A DNA stretch of 62,169 bases, the filler included, from Barthelona sp. PAP020 (Eukaryota): NCBI GenBank assembly GCA_040182905.1. It is 11 parts of 11 records of this genome, joined end to end, with 100 filler letters (N's around TTAATTAATTAA, not from the genome) between each part and the next. Parts side by side here need not be neighbours in the genome. Positions count along the whole stretch, not along the records: positions 28,661 to 34,191 come from JARQWU010000598.1; positions 34,292 to 39,813 come from JARQWU010000599.1; positions 39,914 to 45,419 come from JARQWU010000600.1; 8 more parts are not named here. One strand, given 5' to 3'. This document shows positions 32,681 to 44,515 of this stretch, piece by piece. Made by a program: the position numbers and the translations under genes. The notes beneath the pieces were generated by a model. It saw only the letters and a list, made by a program, of their open reading frames with translations, made no database searches and was not told the DNA's origin. Positions within the stretch are counted from its first letter, which is position 1, and the number at the start of each line of letters is the position of its first letter.

Positions 32681-33871
32681 CTAAATTAAAGTACAAGAGA
32701 CTAGATTACCATGATAAGAAAATTGAAAGATCAATTGTTCTGTTACAAAAAAATAGGTGTAACCAAAGAACAAAAAGGCATCGCAAAACGTTTCTGAATG
32801 AATGATTGGTTTTGGCCAATAATTACCAAATATATCAGCGATTTCTTTTTGATTAGAAAAACAATTGATAAAATGAAAATTGTGAGAAAGAGTTTCAGCA
32901 TCAAGAAAACATACATCATCCAGACAACTCAATTGCTTGGAATTCTTATCCACAAAAAGTCTAAATTTACAGCGGAAATACTCTCCAAATTCAAAATGGT
33001 CAACAGTATTTGTGTGAAAAATTATTTTTGATACCAACATGTTGCCTGCTTGAATGACAAATGTAATTCCCAAGTCTCTGTATATGTAATAGACCAAGTT
33101 TGTATTGTTAGTCATCAAATGAAGACCTTTGATATTCGGTGTATCTTTCTTACCAACAATGTTAGAGGGACTACCTAACAAGGCTATCAGTTTACTGGCT
33201 GAATCCATTAATCTAATCACTTTATCTTTAAAATAGATGCCCCTGGAATGAATTAAAATTTGGGATTCAGCTTCTTTGTTTGAATCTGTGGGTTTCATAT
33301 CAAGAGACATTTTAATACAGGAAACTAATAGCAGAGTACCTGCCGCTACTTCTACATCGTCATTTGCCTCGAATTTACTCTTGTCTCGATCTTCTGTTTT
33401 TTTAATCAAAGAATCAAGGGGAACATTGAAATAAAACATAATCCCCGGATAAGTTAAATAAACTTCAGCAAAATTATTACTTTCATCTGCCTTGGAATAT
33501 TGTAGACTGTATGTTGGTCCAAATAATTGATAAATTGAAAAAATGTCATTTGACACAAAGCTACCACTGAATTTGGTCTCATTAAAAATTAATTCTGTTT
33601 TTTTAGGGGACACAAGAATAATTTCTTCTAAATTTTGATTTATTCCATCAAAACCTAACAAAAGGTCATTTTCAATTAAATTGATATAAAATCTTTCATA
33701 AGGATTATTACTATTATAATTAAACGTGAGATCTCCATAATCTATGGGACCATCAAGAATTAAATCGATAATATCATTCACATTTTGTCCAAAATAAAAT
33801 TGTCCCACATTCTGTTTTGGATTAAATATAAATCTATTGGTTTTCTTTGCTTTGATTGTTCGATCATCCAT
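32681..33871 (-). CDS. UPF0183/PHAF1 family protein
   Basis: VGQFYFG, LGFD..NQNL, IYQLFGPTY, LTYPGIMFYF, KIIFHTN...HFEFGEYFRCKF. Confidence 0.85.
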   Translation of the reverse strand: MDDRTIKAKKTNRFIFNPKQNVGQFYFGQNVNDIIDLILDGPIDYGDLTFNYNSNNPYERFYINLIENDLLLGFDGINQNLEEIILVSPKKTELIFNETKFSGSFVSNDIFSIYQLFGPTYSLQYSKADESNNFAEVYLTYPGIMFYFNVPLDSLIKKTEDRDKSKFEANDDVEVAAGTLLLVSCIKMSLDMKPTDSNKEAESQILIHSRGIYFKDKVIRLMDSASKLIALLGSPSNIVGKKDTPNIKGLHLMTNNTNLVYYIYRDLGITFVIQAGNMLVSKIIFHTNTVDHFEFGEYFRCKFRLFVDKNSKQLSCLDDVCFLDAETLSHNFHFINCFSNQKEIADIFGNYWPKPIIHSETFCDAFLFFGYTYFFVTEQLIFQFSYHGNLVSCTLI

Positions 33872-34308
33872 TTTTACATATTCAATGTATCAAAAACCAA
33901 AAAAAAAATTCTCAAAAAAAAAAAAAAAAAATATGTTGATGTTATTGAAATAAACAAGAATTATATGTATTTATTTGACTATTTAACCCAAAAAGTTCTT
34001 ATTTTTGTTCAAATTTGAATGAAAAAGAAAAAACTAGTCAACTTCCATATCCATCTCTTCTTCACTATCTGATATAGCAATTGGTTCTTCGGGTTTACTG
34101 ATATCTTTTATAATATTATGGCCATTAATCATCGAACATGTTGAAGTAATGGATAATTTTTTAATAATATATAAAGGTGCAGTGTATAAATNNNNNNNNN
34201 NNNNNNNNNNNNNNNNNNNNNNNNNNNNNNNNNNNTTAATTAATTAANNNNNNNNNNNNNNNNNNNNNNNNNNNNNNNNNNNNNNNNNNNNGAAGAAATG
34301 GCTTTCAT

Positions 34309-35322
34309 TTACTTTACAAATTTTGATGCGTTATTGGATACACCACGACTACTACTAACATATGTAGATCCTCCTAAATCGCTTGTATGCACCATATAAG
34401 GTAATATCCTCTGTTTTGGATTCTGTTTGTTACGAATTATTTTCCAAGCTCTTTCTTCTATTGCTTTCTTTTGTTCCACATCGACCGTTGAAGCATTCAT
34501 ATATGTAGATGTGCTGTAAGCTTGAGAACTTTGTGAAGAATTGTTGGAATTTTTCTTCTTTACATATCCATTATTCTTGACATTTTGAGCTTTATTCTCC
34601 CCACGTTTGGTGTCCTTTTTACTCGATGGATCAATAATTCTAGTGTCAAGGTCAAAATCTTTTTTAGAATTTGACCTTGAAAGGCTAGATTTTTTTACCA
34701 ACTTTTGACTATACACATCCTTTGTTTGTGGGTTGACATTCTTTAATTTCATGATTTTTAGTTTCTTTTTGGATATTTCATCAGAATGAGGATTTCTGAG
34801 TCTGAATTCTCCTAAGTTACGGTCTTCAACCGGGTTATATGATTGTGCATCATCAAAATCAGTAACAAACTCTTTTAGTTGTGATTGCATCAAATGATCT
34901 TCAAATTCCTGCTGAAGCATCAGGGCAGATTCTTTTCTTTCTTTCCTCAGTTTATTTTCGTTCAAAATTTTTCGTGAAAACTCAACAGGAACCCCATAAT
35001 TCAATAAAATACTTTCCATACGGTTCACAGGCTCGGAATATTGAAATTGAAAACGAGATTCGTTATTACTCTTACTTTTAGCAAAATCTTCATGTTTGGA
35101 ACGAACATTATCAATCTTTTCTTCAATCTTTTCACTTTTTCGTTTTCGAGTTTCAGAAAAACGCTTAAATTTCTCTAAAGCATGTTTTTGTTCTTCTTGA
35201 ATAAAATGTTGACGTAATTCATCGATTTTAACTTTCTTCTTTTTTTTTAAACCACCACCAAATCCTTGTAAAACTTCTGGATCTAATAATATGGATATTG
35301 GTCCATCAACATCTTTTGACAT
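34309..35322 (-). CDS. Hypothetical charged/coiled-coil protein
   Basis: 337-aa ATG-initiated ORF; no recognised motif. Confidence 0.7.
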   Translation of the reverse strand: MSKDVDGPISILLDPEVLQGFGGGLKKKKKVKIDELRQHFIQEEQKHALEKFKRFSETRKRKSEKIEEKIDNVRSKHEDFAKSKSNNESRFQFQYSEPVNRMESILLNYGVPVEFSRKILNENKLRKERKESALMLQQEFEDHLMQSQLKEFVTDFDDAQSYNPVEDRNLGEFRLRNPHSDEISKKKLKIMKLKNVNPQTKDVYSQKLVKKSSLSRSNSKKDFDLDTRIIDPSSKKDTKRGENKAQNVKNNGYVKKKNSNNSSQSSQAYSTSTYMNASTVDVEQKKAIEERAWKIIRNKQNPKQRILPYMVHTSDLGGSTYVSSSRGVSNNASKFVK

Positions 35323-35493
35323 CTATTTTTCAACGTATTTTGTCCTCTAAATTATTTTAAATGAGGAAAAAAGTTTCACTTTTCTTTTTGAAGTTTTGAT
35401 AAACAATTCGAATTTTCCATTCATCTGGACACAAAGATACAATGTTACAATTCTTCAATAATAAAACACTACATTTTTTACAAAAATACTTTC

Positions 35494-37428
35494 TTACTCA
35501 AACTGATTTGCAAAATGTTTTACACAATCTTCAAACCCATTTTTAATCAACATTTCTTGTCTCAATAATTCAGGATTTACATTTTCAACGTCACTAATGT
35601 TGTCTATTTGACTAAAATCATGAACTTCATCTTGATTAGGATCAGATGCTCCGATTTGTGTTGCTTCTTGCTTTTCAGAATTAACAATTGATGCCATCAT
35701 ATTCTTGTGAAAGGAAGCTTTCACATCTTTTTGAATAAACACAAACCTCTTCTTTGCATAGTTGATTCTTTGCAACTCATTGTTCAATGAATCAATCATA
35801 ATATCAATTTCAAAATTTTTCAAAGATTTGATGGCAACTGAAAGGTCACAATAGAAAATATGTCCTTCTTCATCAGAAATCAAACAATGATTGTTATTTT
35901 TCTCTGAAAATGATATGGATGTGATAGCCCCAGTTGCAGCCATAGCTTGTACAAAAACAGGAGCGCTTGAACCGGACAAAAGATTCCAAACTTCAATTTT
36001 TCCATCATTTCTACCGAAAACAAATTGACAAGGGTTAGATGGCACAAAACTAACTGTGGAATATTCAGCCCCATCAATATTGTGAGAAATTACTGGCAAT
36101 TTCTTGTATATCAATGAAAACTGATTCCTACCCAAAATGATCATCATTTCGTCAAATGGAGCAGTAGATGAAGCAGTTAAACATTTTAAAACAGGACCAC
36201 AAACTGCTTTCCACACACTTTTGGCTTGCAAAGGAATGGTTGTCAATCTATAGCTTAAACCAACAATCACTTTTTCATCCGTCTCATTCTTTTGCTCAGA
36301 AGAAGCGGTAACTATATTAAAAGGAACGGTAACAAATTCCCCATTCAATGTACCCACATAAAACACATTGGTTTCATAATCAATATTCAAGGTTGTTGGT
36401 TGTATCAAAAACTTAGCGGTAGTAAGGGACGCTTTAAAAGCAACTTCTGCATTTGGATACCATAATAAGAAAGCACTTGATGGTCTAAATCCCTGCATAC
36501 GTCTATTATTAGATTTTCTGTCTAAATCCCAAAAGGCAATGACTGAGTCAGACCCAATGGTCACAAATGTTCTAACATCGCCAATCGGAATAATTTCAGC
36601 ATTTTCATTGACGTTTACTTTCGGTAACCAAAAAACATCTTTAATTTCTTGTGAATGAGAGGCCTCTATAACAGAATATTTGGTTGGAACAATGACATCA
36701 TCCTTTGTAGAATTATCCAAATTCCATAATACAACTTGACCAGATCTCAAACATCCAACTATTAATTTATGATTCTGAGGGCATATAGAAAACTTAGTTA
36801 AAATTCCAAGTGTCGACAAAATATAGAGAGGTGAGGAAGGATTGTTCAATGACCAAAAAACTATAAATGAAGTACGGGGAACACCACACATTTCTTTTGT
36901 CAATTCTCTTTCTGGGGTTGAAAAAGCTGCGGCAAAAATTTCACCATCAATAAATTGAGCTTCTACACACGAGTAATGTCTTACAAATTGCATATCCTCA
37001 AAAGTTTCAATAACCTTAAATTCAGGCTGTGTGTTATCTCCAAAACTTTTGGTACCTTGTTTTTCCGGAATTAATTTTGTTTCAAAACAGGGAAACATGA
37101 CATTAATTAATAATTCCTGCCTAACAAAACTAATACATTCCTCCATTTGCTTATTAAACTCATCAGATTTCATTACTTCTTCAATAGTTTTATCATCCAA
37201 TATTTGATCCTCATATTGTGTGAAATTATTCTTTTTTGCGGCCCATTTTGTTTGAATACTTGAATCTTTAAAAGAAGATACATCTTGAGTGGATCGATCT
37301 ACTTGATTTGCAAATATTTTAAAATTAACATTCTTTCTTTGTCGTTCTTCATGAAAAATTTCACTGGAATTCTTATCAGACAATTCTATTGTTGTTGGAA
37401 AATCTCGAAGTCGTCTAGATAATTGCAT
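35494..37428 (-). CDS. Axonemal dynein intermediate chain, WDR63/DNAI3-like WD40 protein
   Basis: IQTKW..KN..TQYE motif, LIVGCLRSGQVVLWN, SVIEASHSQEIKDVFWLP, FYVGTLNGE, GRNDGKIEVWNL. Confidence 0.75.
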   Translation of the reverse strand: MQLSRRLRDFPTTIELSDKNSSEIFHEERQRKNVNFKIFANQVDRSTQDVSSFKDSSIQTKWAAKKNNFTQYEDQILDDKTIEEVMKSDEFNKQMEECISFVRQELLINVMFPCFETKLIPEKQGTKSFGDNTQPEFKVIETFEDMQFVRHYSCVEAQFIDGEIFAAAFSTPERELTKEMCGVPRTSFIVFWSLNNPSSPLYILSTLGILTKFSICPQNHKLIVGCLRSGQVVLWNLDNSTKDDVIVPTKYSVIEASHSQEIKDVFWLPKVNVNENAEIIPIGDVRTFVTIGSDSVIAFWDLDRKSNNRRMQGFRPSSAFLLWYPNAEVAFKASLTTAKFLIQPTTLNIDYETNVFYVGTLNGEFVTVPFNIVTASSEQKNETDEKVIVGLSYRLTTIPLQAKSVWKAVCGPVLKCLTASSTAPFDEMMIILGRNQFSLIYKKLPVISHNIDGAEYSTVSFVPSNPCQFVFGRNDGKIEVWNLLSGSSAPVFVQAMAATGAITSISFSEKNNNHCLISDEEGHIFYCDLSVAIKSLKNFEIDIMIDSLNNELQRINYAKKRFVFIQKDVKASFHKNMMASIVNSEKQEATQIGASDPNQDEVHDFSQIDNISDVENVNPELLRQEMLIKNGFEDCVKHFANQFE

Positions 37429-37615
37429 ATGTGAAGAAATAAATATTGAATTATGAATTTTTTTTTATTCCAAAAAGAAATAAAGAATTTTATCATTGAA
37501 CAATTAATTATGTGGGATTTAAAAATATTAAATTACATCCACTTGATTACAATTTTCAAAAATCATTTTTCATTCCACTTCCCATATCATAAATTCTTTT
37601 TTTTTAGACACATAC

Positions 37616-39766
37616 ATGGCCAATATTATCAATTTAAAAGCTACTAAAGCTACAGATGCTTCGATAGCTATTCAAAATCTAGTATGTGTTAATCCAAATT
37701 TGTTTCCTGATTATGAATTAATTTCTATTAGATATGACAGACAATTTCATATTTTTAAAATCCACCGTGATAGAGGATGCAGCATTGATGAAGTTAAATT
37801 GACTGGAGAACAACGTTCATATTTAAAAGTTCCAAGTGATTCAATTGTACAGTGTGAACCCATTGAAAGAGAGGAAATACCTAATATTTTATCGATTTCA
37901 ATGAAAATATCAAAACTTAAAGGAGCTGACTTATTACGTTTTGACACGGAAGATTCCAAAAGTTACAGAAACATATTGGAAACCACTCACACTGGACAAG
38001 TTTTTATTCCTGGCTACACCTTTGTGTCACGTTGGCAAAAAGAAAATGCTTCAGTGAATTTAAGAGTTGAGATTGAATCAATTGAGTTAGCTGAGCAGGA
38101 TGATTCTGAGAAAGATGAAAAAGCCAACGAAAAGACATTTCCCAAATTTGGATATTTGGATAAGAATAGCAATATTCAGGTGGTTGGATCAAATTCCATA
38201 CACTTTGCATTTGGAGGCCATTCACAATCCATTTTTTCAAAAAAACTTGATCTTTCCAAACTTGGTATTGGTGGATTAGCCGATGAGTTTATGGAAATTT
38301 TCACCGATTGTTTCGCTCCTCGTATGTTTCCTTTGGAAATAATTGAAAAGATTAATGTTGAATTTACAAAAGGTCTATTGTTATACGGTCCTCCGGGAAC
38401 AGGAAAGACATTGATGGCGCGAGTTATCAGTGAACTGTTGAACTCTCATCCTCCTAAAAAGATCACAGCTACAGATGTTTTAAGTAAATATGTTGGTCAA
38501 GCTGAAGAAAATATCAGAAATCTGTTTAAGGAAGCAGATGCTGAATGGGCGGAAGTTGGATCTGCAAGTAAATTACATGTGATCATCATTGATGAAATTG
38601 ATGCTATCTGCAAGCAACGTGGTTCCAGAGCCGATTCAACAGGAACTATGGATACCCTTGTCAATCAATTGTTAGGAAAAATGGATGGACTTGATCAACC
38701 AAAGAACTTTATCGTAATTGGTATGACCAACAGAAAGGACTTAATTGATGAAGCTTTGTTGCGTCCAGGACGTTTTGCTGTACAATTGGAAGTTGGTTTA
38801 CCCGATGAACCAGGACGTTTGGAAATTTTGAAGATTCATACTTCTAATATTACTGAGAGCAATTCCCTTTCATCTGAAGTTGATTTGTCTGAAATTGCTC
38901 ATGTCACCAGAAATTACACTGGTGCTGAATTAGCTGAAATAGTTAAAAGAGCTACAAATCAAGCGTTGAGACGTATGATTGATTTAAAGGACGGTAATGT
39001 GTCTATGAATTCAACAGAACTTGTTGTTACAAGAGCAGATTTTAACGTGGCTCTTCAGAAAGTTAAACCTTTATTGGGGGCTCAAAACCTTTCGAATTAT
39101 GCTCAACATGGTATTATTCGTTTCCCATCATTTGAGGCTGCTATGAAGCGCGTTGAATTACCTTTGACCAGATTTGCCAGTGTGAATTCTAACAAATTCA
39201 TCATGTGTGTGGATGGACCCGTTGGTTGTGGTACCACATCTGCTGCTATTGAGTTTTCTAAACTTGCCAACACACCTTTTGTTTCTATCATCACAAAAGA
39301 AGAGATTGCTCAACAATTTGGTTCTACTGCCGGAAAATCGGATGGAATACTAAAGAAATATAATGATGCTTTGAAATGTAATTCTGCTTGTTTGATTATC
39401 GATAATGTTCTAGATTTGATCGACACATATACTGCACCAATTCTAAAGTTCAACGAAATGTTGTCATCTACAATCGGCTTAATATTGAGTAGTCCTATTC
39501 CAAAAAATAAAAAATTGTTGATAATTGTCATCACTAAAGATATGAGACGTGCTTTAGAGATTTTCCCAAAACATCTGGGAAAAAATGCAGTCAACATGCG
39601 TGTCACTTTGAATGAACCTTCCACAGATGACTTACCTATGATAGCTGATTATTTGCAAAAGAATCTCGGTTGGTCTGAAGTTGCTGCAAACAATTTGAGA
39701 AATTCAACAGAAGAGCATAGTCTTAAAATTCTATTGAATGAAACCACTGAATTTGCCTTTTTGTGA
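37616..39766 (+). CDS. NSF: Vesicle-fusing AAA+ ATPase NSF/Sec18
   Basis: LGIGGL..EF..IF...FAPRMFP, GLLLYGPPGTGKTLMAR, LHVIIIDEIDAICKQRGS, VNQLLGKMDG, GMTNRKDLIDEALLRPGR; degenerate D2 domain. Confidence 0.95.
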   Translation: MANIINLKATKATDASIAIQNLVCVNPNLFPDYELISIRYDRQFHIFKIHRDRGCSIDEVKLTGEQRSYLKVPSDSIVQCEPIEREEIPNILSISMKISKLKGADLLRFDTEDSKSYRNILETTHTGQVFIPGYTFVSRWQKENASVNLRVEIESIELAEQDDSEKDEKANEKTFPKFGYLDKNSNIQVVGSNSIHFAFGGHSQSIFSKKLDLSKLGIGGLADEFMEIFTDCFAPRMFPLEIIEKINVEFTKGLLLYGPPGTGKTLMARVISELLNSHPPKKITATDVLSKYVGQAEENIRNLFKEADAEWAEVGSASKLHVIIIDEIDAICKQRGSRADSTGTMDTLVNQLLGKMDGLDQPKNFIVIGMTNRKDLIDEALLRPGRFAVQLEVGLPDEPGRLEILKIHTSNITESNSLSSEVDLSEIAHVTRNYTGAELAEIVKRATNQALRRMIDLKDGNVSMNSTELVVTRADFNVALQKVKPLLGAQNLSNYAQHGIIRFPSFEAAMKRVELPLTRFASVNSNKFIMCVDGPVGCGTTSAAIEFSKLANTPFVSIITKEEIAQQFGSTAGKSDGILKKYNDALKCNSACLIIDNVLDLIDTYTAPILKFNEMLSSTIGLILSSPIPKNKKLLIIVITKDMRRALEIFPKHLGKNAVNMRVTLNEPSTDDLPMIADYLQKNLGWSEVAANNLRNSTEEHSLKILLNETTEFAFL

Positions 39767-40501
39767 TGATAAAATGAGAATATTTCTCAAACTGTAAATT
39801 ATTCGTTGTTTTTNNNNNNNNNNNNNNNNNNNNNNNNNNNNNNNNNNNNNNNNNNNNTTAATTAATTAANNNNNNNNNNNNNNNNNNNNNNNNNNNNNNN
39901 NNNNNNNNNNNNNAAAAAAAAGAAATACTTTAGGTGTGGATGGGGCGATTATCTAAATAAAAGTTTAATAATCTTTTCCCTTCTTGCCAATAAATTTTGA
40001 TTGTTCTTCTCTAGGTTTCCTTGATGAAACCTTTTAATTCCTTGTTAACCTGCTATGCACACTTGCATCCTTATTACCCTGAATCATTTGATTCTCTGTC
40101 GTTATTTCACTTTCAATTTTGATATCCATTAATATCAGAAATTGCAAGAAGAAACCTTAAACACATTTATAGTGTCTTTTACGTGAAATCCGTCCGCTTT
40201 GCTGCGAACACAATGAACAATGTATAGAATATGTACTACAAAGGAAAAAATAAATAAATAAACAAAAGTTAAGTTTTACAAAAAACTGTTTAAAAGGAGA
40301 AGAGAAACTATCGAAAATGAACTCATCAAAAATAAAATGAACTGATAAAACTATGTTTTAATAAAAAGAAAAGAATCAAGTCAACAACAAAATTTCTTTG
40401 ACTGATTGATTTGAAAATAGAGCAATTCATATGAAAATATACACATGTAAAATAAAACACATTGGTAATAACGTTTAATGTTTTATGCCTAATAGCTTTC
40501 A

Positions 40502-43500
40502 CTAGAACCTATATAACCCATCATTCATTGAATTTGTATGAACGTTTGGATAAGGTGCAGAAGAAAACACACTGTCCAAACCATAATTTACTGTACTATC
40601 TAAAGTCATGTGTGGATTAGTTAAATTTTGAATGGAACTGAAGCTTTCAGTTGAAGACTTGGAAGTTTCAGACAAAATAGAAGATGTTCGATTATTTGCA
40701 AGGTATAACATTGGGTTTCTTAAAGGATTATGTGATTGATTGTTCGAATTGATAACATCGGAAAGATCTATAATTTTTTGGTAAATTTTCAGAAAGTTTC
40801 TGATAATCATTATGATGGAACACAACAACAGCAATACAAAAACAAAAACAACAACAATAGAATCGTTTGCAACAACATCTAGTTTGATAAGAGTTTGAAG
40901 TAAAAACATCATCAAAATTGAGGATAAATAGAATGTCTGTAATTGATTAATATCATGTAATTTATATGAATAACTGCTTAGATGTTGAGTTAAAAAGATG
41001 AAACTGAAACTGAAGCCTAAACAAGCTTGGAAAACTGTAGATCTAGCTAAAAACATCAACCAAATACCTAAAACTGAACTACCAAAAAATTCGAACAATT
41101 CATGAAAGTATTTTAAATCTATTGTGAGTCCAGCAAAAGTGAAGAATGTGCTTTTGAAAAACTTTTCTTTGATCTTCTTTTTTTTGCTGGATTTCCCTTT
41201 AGATTTGGATTTCCCTTTCTTTTCTAACTCATTTTCATTTGAAAAATCTTTTTTTGTCAAAAATATATACATGAAAACAATAAATATGAAAAACAATATT
41301 GAAATGATCCGTAAAACATTGAATAAAACATTTGAATTGTCGCAAATAATTCCAGAATATTCAGTAATTCTGCTATCAACACCATTTGAAGTACAATCAA
41401 ACAATCGACTGAATAAAAATGAATATCTCATGACATTCAACAAAAAAAAACTGAAAAACATTTGTTTCCACTCACATAGGCTTCTTAAAATGAAACATAT
41501 CAAAAAAATAATGATCAAATATGCCAAGGCATACGCATAGATGAAATAGAATATAAATTCAGCATCAAAATTCAAACAATGTAACGTTGAAAAATTAATA
41601 ATGTCAACAAACAAAATTCTCAAAATTACAAGCGTTTTCGTTATGAATGTAGGAAATTTAACCAATAATACCAGAGTCAAAGCACTTATAATATGTAAAT
41701 ATCTTAAAAATGTCTTTAAAAATGCAACCAAAGCATAATTCGATTTTCTGCTGACAAAAGTAATGTAAAAGATAGCAATCCAAATCAATTGTGGTATGAT
41801 TAACAACAATACATTGATACTAGAGCTAAAGCATTGAACACATTCGTTACCTAAACTAAAATATCCATTATCACATTCTCCACATAAAGGTCCCGTGGAA
41901 CCAATAATGCAACTGTCACTTTCTAAAGTGATATTCTTTCCACTCAATTTCGCTTCACAATTTCCTTGACAACCATCTTGTTGGCATTCAAAAACTTCTT
42001 GCACATCAGAATTATACCAATAACCTTCCTTCACACAAAAGTCATTATTCCCAAAACACATCAAACCTTCTGGACATTCAATACAACTGACATAATATTC
42101 TTTTGCAGTTTCATTCCAAGTTTTTACTGGATACATTGATCCTGCACATTCACATCCATCTCTGCTTGAAGAAGATTGCATTCCATTCGGACATTTTATA
42201 CATTTAACACTTCCAACATCATTAGTATATGAACTGGAAGGACAATCAATACAACCATTGATTAGATCATCAGGATCGTTTCGATAGGTCCCTATTGGAC
42301 AAGGATAACATTCAGATGAACGTTTGGAACTTGTCCATGTTCCTATTTCACAATTAATACATGGATCTTCAGAAGAATCAGAAGAATAGGTTCCAACAGG
42401 ACATTCATAACATTGGTTTGTCTCTGCATCAAATCCAAGTCCTTCTACACAAAAGTCAATTGTGACTTGGAATTTTGCTGGATTTAGTCCAGCGCTACTA
42501 GCAAATATATCATAATTACCTGGATCACCATGTAATTGAACATTGGAAAAATTGGCAAAACCGTTTGTTGAAATGATTGACATATTTCCTTGTAAGGCTA
42601 AGTCTGCATCCACTGATGTTAAGAAAACTTCTCTGTTCCAATTAAAAGTTGCATGTTGATCAAAATCATCGAAAAGTTTGATACTGACAAACGTATTGGG
42701 AATTGAATCAATAATAGTTGTTCTGGATTCAAATTGTTTCAAAGATCTGGGGTCTGTTGCAAAAAAAACCCCATAATATGAAGCAAAATTGTCATGAATT
42801 ACTGGAGCAGATGGAATAAATAAATCTTTGAGATCAACACTCATTAAATTAGTAAAAATAACACCTCCAATCAAAGCGTTGTTTTTTACATATTTATTGT
42901 CAACAAAATTCAATGATAAAACATCAATCGTTTGATATTCAACATTTTCACTTTCAATTTTGATAACATTATTATCTAGTATGGCAAAAACACCTCCAAA
43001 ATCTGAATAATTATTAGTAAAGTTATTTTTTGAAAATTTAATGATTCCATAACTTTGAATCAAACAAATTGTACCAAAACTACCACCTTTATCATAAAAT
43101 GAATGATTATTTGTGGAAATTATTTGATTTTGAGCAAAAACAGAATTCATTACTATACTGGATAAAGATCTGATCAAATGAAAAACATTTCCATAGTTAT
43201 TATGAAAAATACAATCCTCTACATACAATTTTGATTGAATAGCATATATAAGACGTTTTGCTCCAACATTATAAAATTCACAACCTTCAAAATTAATAAA
43301 ACTTTCATACTTTATCACCATCATATTCATCGTTTGCAAAGAAATATTCATAAAATTTAAATTTTTAAAAGATACAACGCTATTTTCAAAAAGAAATAAA
43401 GGATTAATGTTCGTTTCATCCGAAAAATAGAGATTTGAAAATGTTGAATTACTCACAACTCTTACATTACTTTCCAAACTCTCAATTATCGATGTTATTG

Positions 43501-44515
43501 AATGTCCCACTGAAGAAAAGATATTAGTAGTGTTAAATTCAATGCTAGAAGTAATTAAATGTAAAAAATATTTTTTAAACGTGATTTCAGTAAAATTAAA
43601 AGTACTAGCAGTAAAATATACTTTTGTATCGAATAAAATAAATCCATAAGAAGCATCAAATGATTTAGTCAAGTTCATACTTTCAATATCAACAATAGAT
43701 GAAGATGACATCATAAATCCACCATTATTTCCATATATACCATTAAAATAACATTTATTTAGCTTCATTAAAACATCAGAGATCTGAAATAAGCCATTAA
43801 AACCTTTATTTTCAAAAAATTCACAATTATGAAATTCAACATCACTACTTATTCCTTGCAATATTGAAACAGTCTCTTTTGCTTCATTATTGCTAAATAT
43901 ACTATCTTTTATAATCAATTTATTCATGTAATTAACATTAAATAAAGTGGAAAATTGATAAGAATCACCATAATTATCATCAAACACACAATCGTTTATA
44001 ACTCCTTCTCCTTTGGTTATTGTAAAAACCTTATTAGAGTCATTGACATATAAGTTATAAAATTCGAATTTACTGTTCGTTATAGCAAACACAGACGAAC
44101 AATGCTGGAATCTAATATTTTCTAACACAGCATAATCATTGTATAAGATAGATACAGCAGGTTGTCGTACATTTTTGTACGAGCTGCAATCAAAAATAGT
44201 TACTCCATCGTTCGAACCAATTAAAGAATATCCATTCAACACTTCTATCGACTCTTTATAAATCCCATCTAATAACTTGAATGTTTTTTTATCTTGGAAA
44301 TTTTCACAAGTCTTTATACTACAATATTCTTTTATTTCTTCGTATCGATCATAGGAATAATTTATAGTAGCACATGGTTCTAATTGTGATCCGCAAAATT
44401 CACTATCGTTTCCATTTGAAGATATAAAAATAAAATTCACATCAATCTCACATTTAACTGATAAAAATACATATAAAAAGCATAATGTATACAAAATAAT
44501 CGTCAAATGTTTCAT
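40502..44515 (-). CDS. Large surface protein: signal peptide, Pmp-like beta-helix repeats, Cys-rich repeats, multi-pass membrane domain
   Basis: GND...CG....PCATI cap; FxxN and GGV motifs; CxxCPxGTY repeats; TGPLCGEC; several hydrophobic helices at the C-terminus. Confidence 0.85.
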   Translation of the reverse strand: MKHLTIILYTLCFLYVFLSVKCEIDVNFIFISSNGNDSEFCGSQLEPCATINYSYDRYEEIKEYCSIKTCENFQDKKTFKLLDGIYKESIEVLNGYSLIGSNDGVTIFDCSSYKNVRQPAVSILYNDYAVLENIRFQHCSSVFAITNSKFEFYNLYVNDSNKVFTITKGEGVINDCVFDDNYGDSYQFSTLFNVNYMNKLIIKDSIFSNNEAKETVSILQGISSDVEFHNCEFFENKGFNGLFQISDVLMKLNKCYFNGIYGNNGGFMMSSSSIVDIESMNLTKSFDASYGFILFDTKVYFTASTFNFTEITFKKYFLHLITSSIEFNTTNIFSSVGHSITSIIESLESNVRVVSNSTFSNLYFSDETNINPLFLFENSVVSFKNLNFMNISLQTMNMMVIKYESFINFEGCEFYNVGAKRLIYAIQSKLYVEDCIFHNNYGNVFHLIRSLSSIVMNSVFAQNQIISTNNHSFYDKGGSFGTICLIQSYGIIKFSKNNFTNNYSDFGGVFAILDNNVIKIESENVEYQTIDVLSLNFVDNKYVKNNALIGGVIFTNLMSVDLKDLFIPSAPVIHDNFASYYGVFFATDPRSLKQFESRTTIIDSIPNTFVSIKLFDDFDQHATFNWNREVFLTSVDADLALQGNMSIISTNGFANFSNVQLHGDPGNYDIFASSAGLNPAKFQVTIDFCVEGLGFDAETNQCYECPVGTYSSDSSEDPCINCEIGTWTSSKRSSECYPCPIGTYRNDPDDLINGCIDCPSSSYTNDVGSVKCIKCPNGMQSSSSRDGCECAGSMYPVKTWNETAKEYYVSCIECPEGLMCFGNNDFCVKEGYWYNSDVQEVFECQQDGCQGNCEAKLSGKNITLESDSCIIGSTGPLCGECDNGYFSLGNECVQCFSSSINVLLLIIPQLIWIAIFYITFVSRKSNYALVAFLKTFLRYLHIISALTLVLLVKFPTFITKTLVILRILFVDIINFSTLHCLNFDAEFIFYFIYAYALAYLIIIFLICFILRSLCEWKQMFFSFFLLNVMRYSFLFSRLFDCTSNGVDSRITEYSGIICDNSNVLFNVLRIISILFFIFIVFMYIFLTKKDFSNENELEKKGKSKSKGKSSKKKKIKEKFFKSTFFTFAGLTIDLKYFHELFEFFGSSVLGIWLMFLARSTVFQACLGFSFSFIFLTQHLSSYSYKLHDINQLQTFYLSSILMMFLLQTLIKLDVVANDSIVVVFVFVLLLLCSIIMIIRNFLKIYQKIIDLSDVINSNNQSHNPLRNPMLYLANNRTSSILSETSKSSTESFSSIQNLTNPHMTLDSTVNYGLDSVFSSAPYPNVHTNSMNDGLYRF

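Noticed and set aside
40040..40110. U6 snRNA-like ACAGAGAA...AAGGATG on the minus strand
   Set aside because: Lacks the AGC triad, the internal stem-loop and other U6 conservation.
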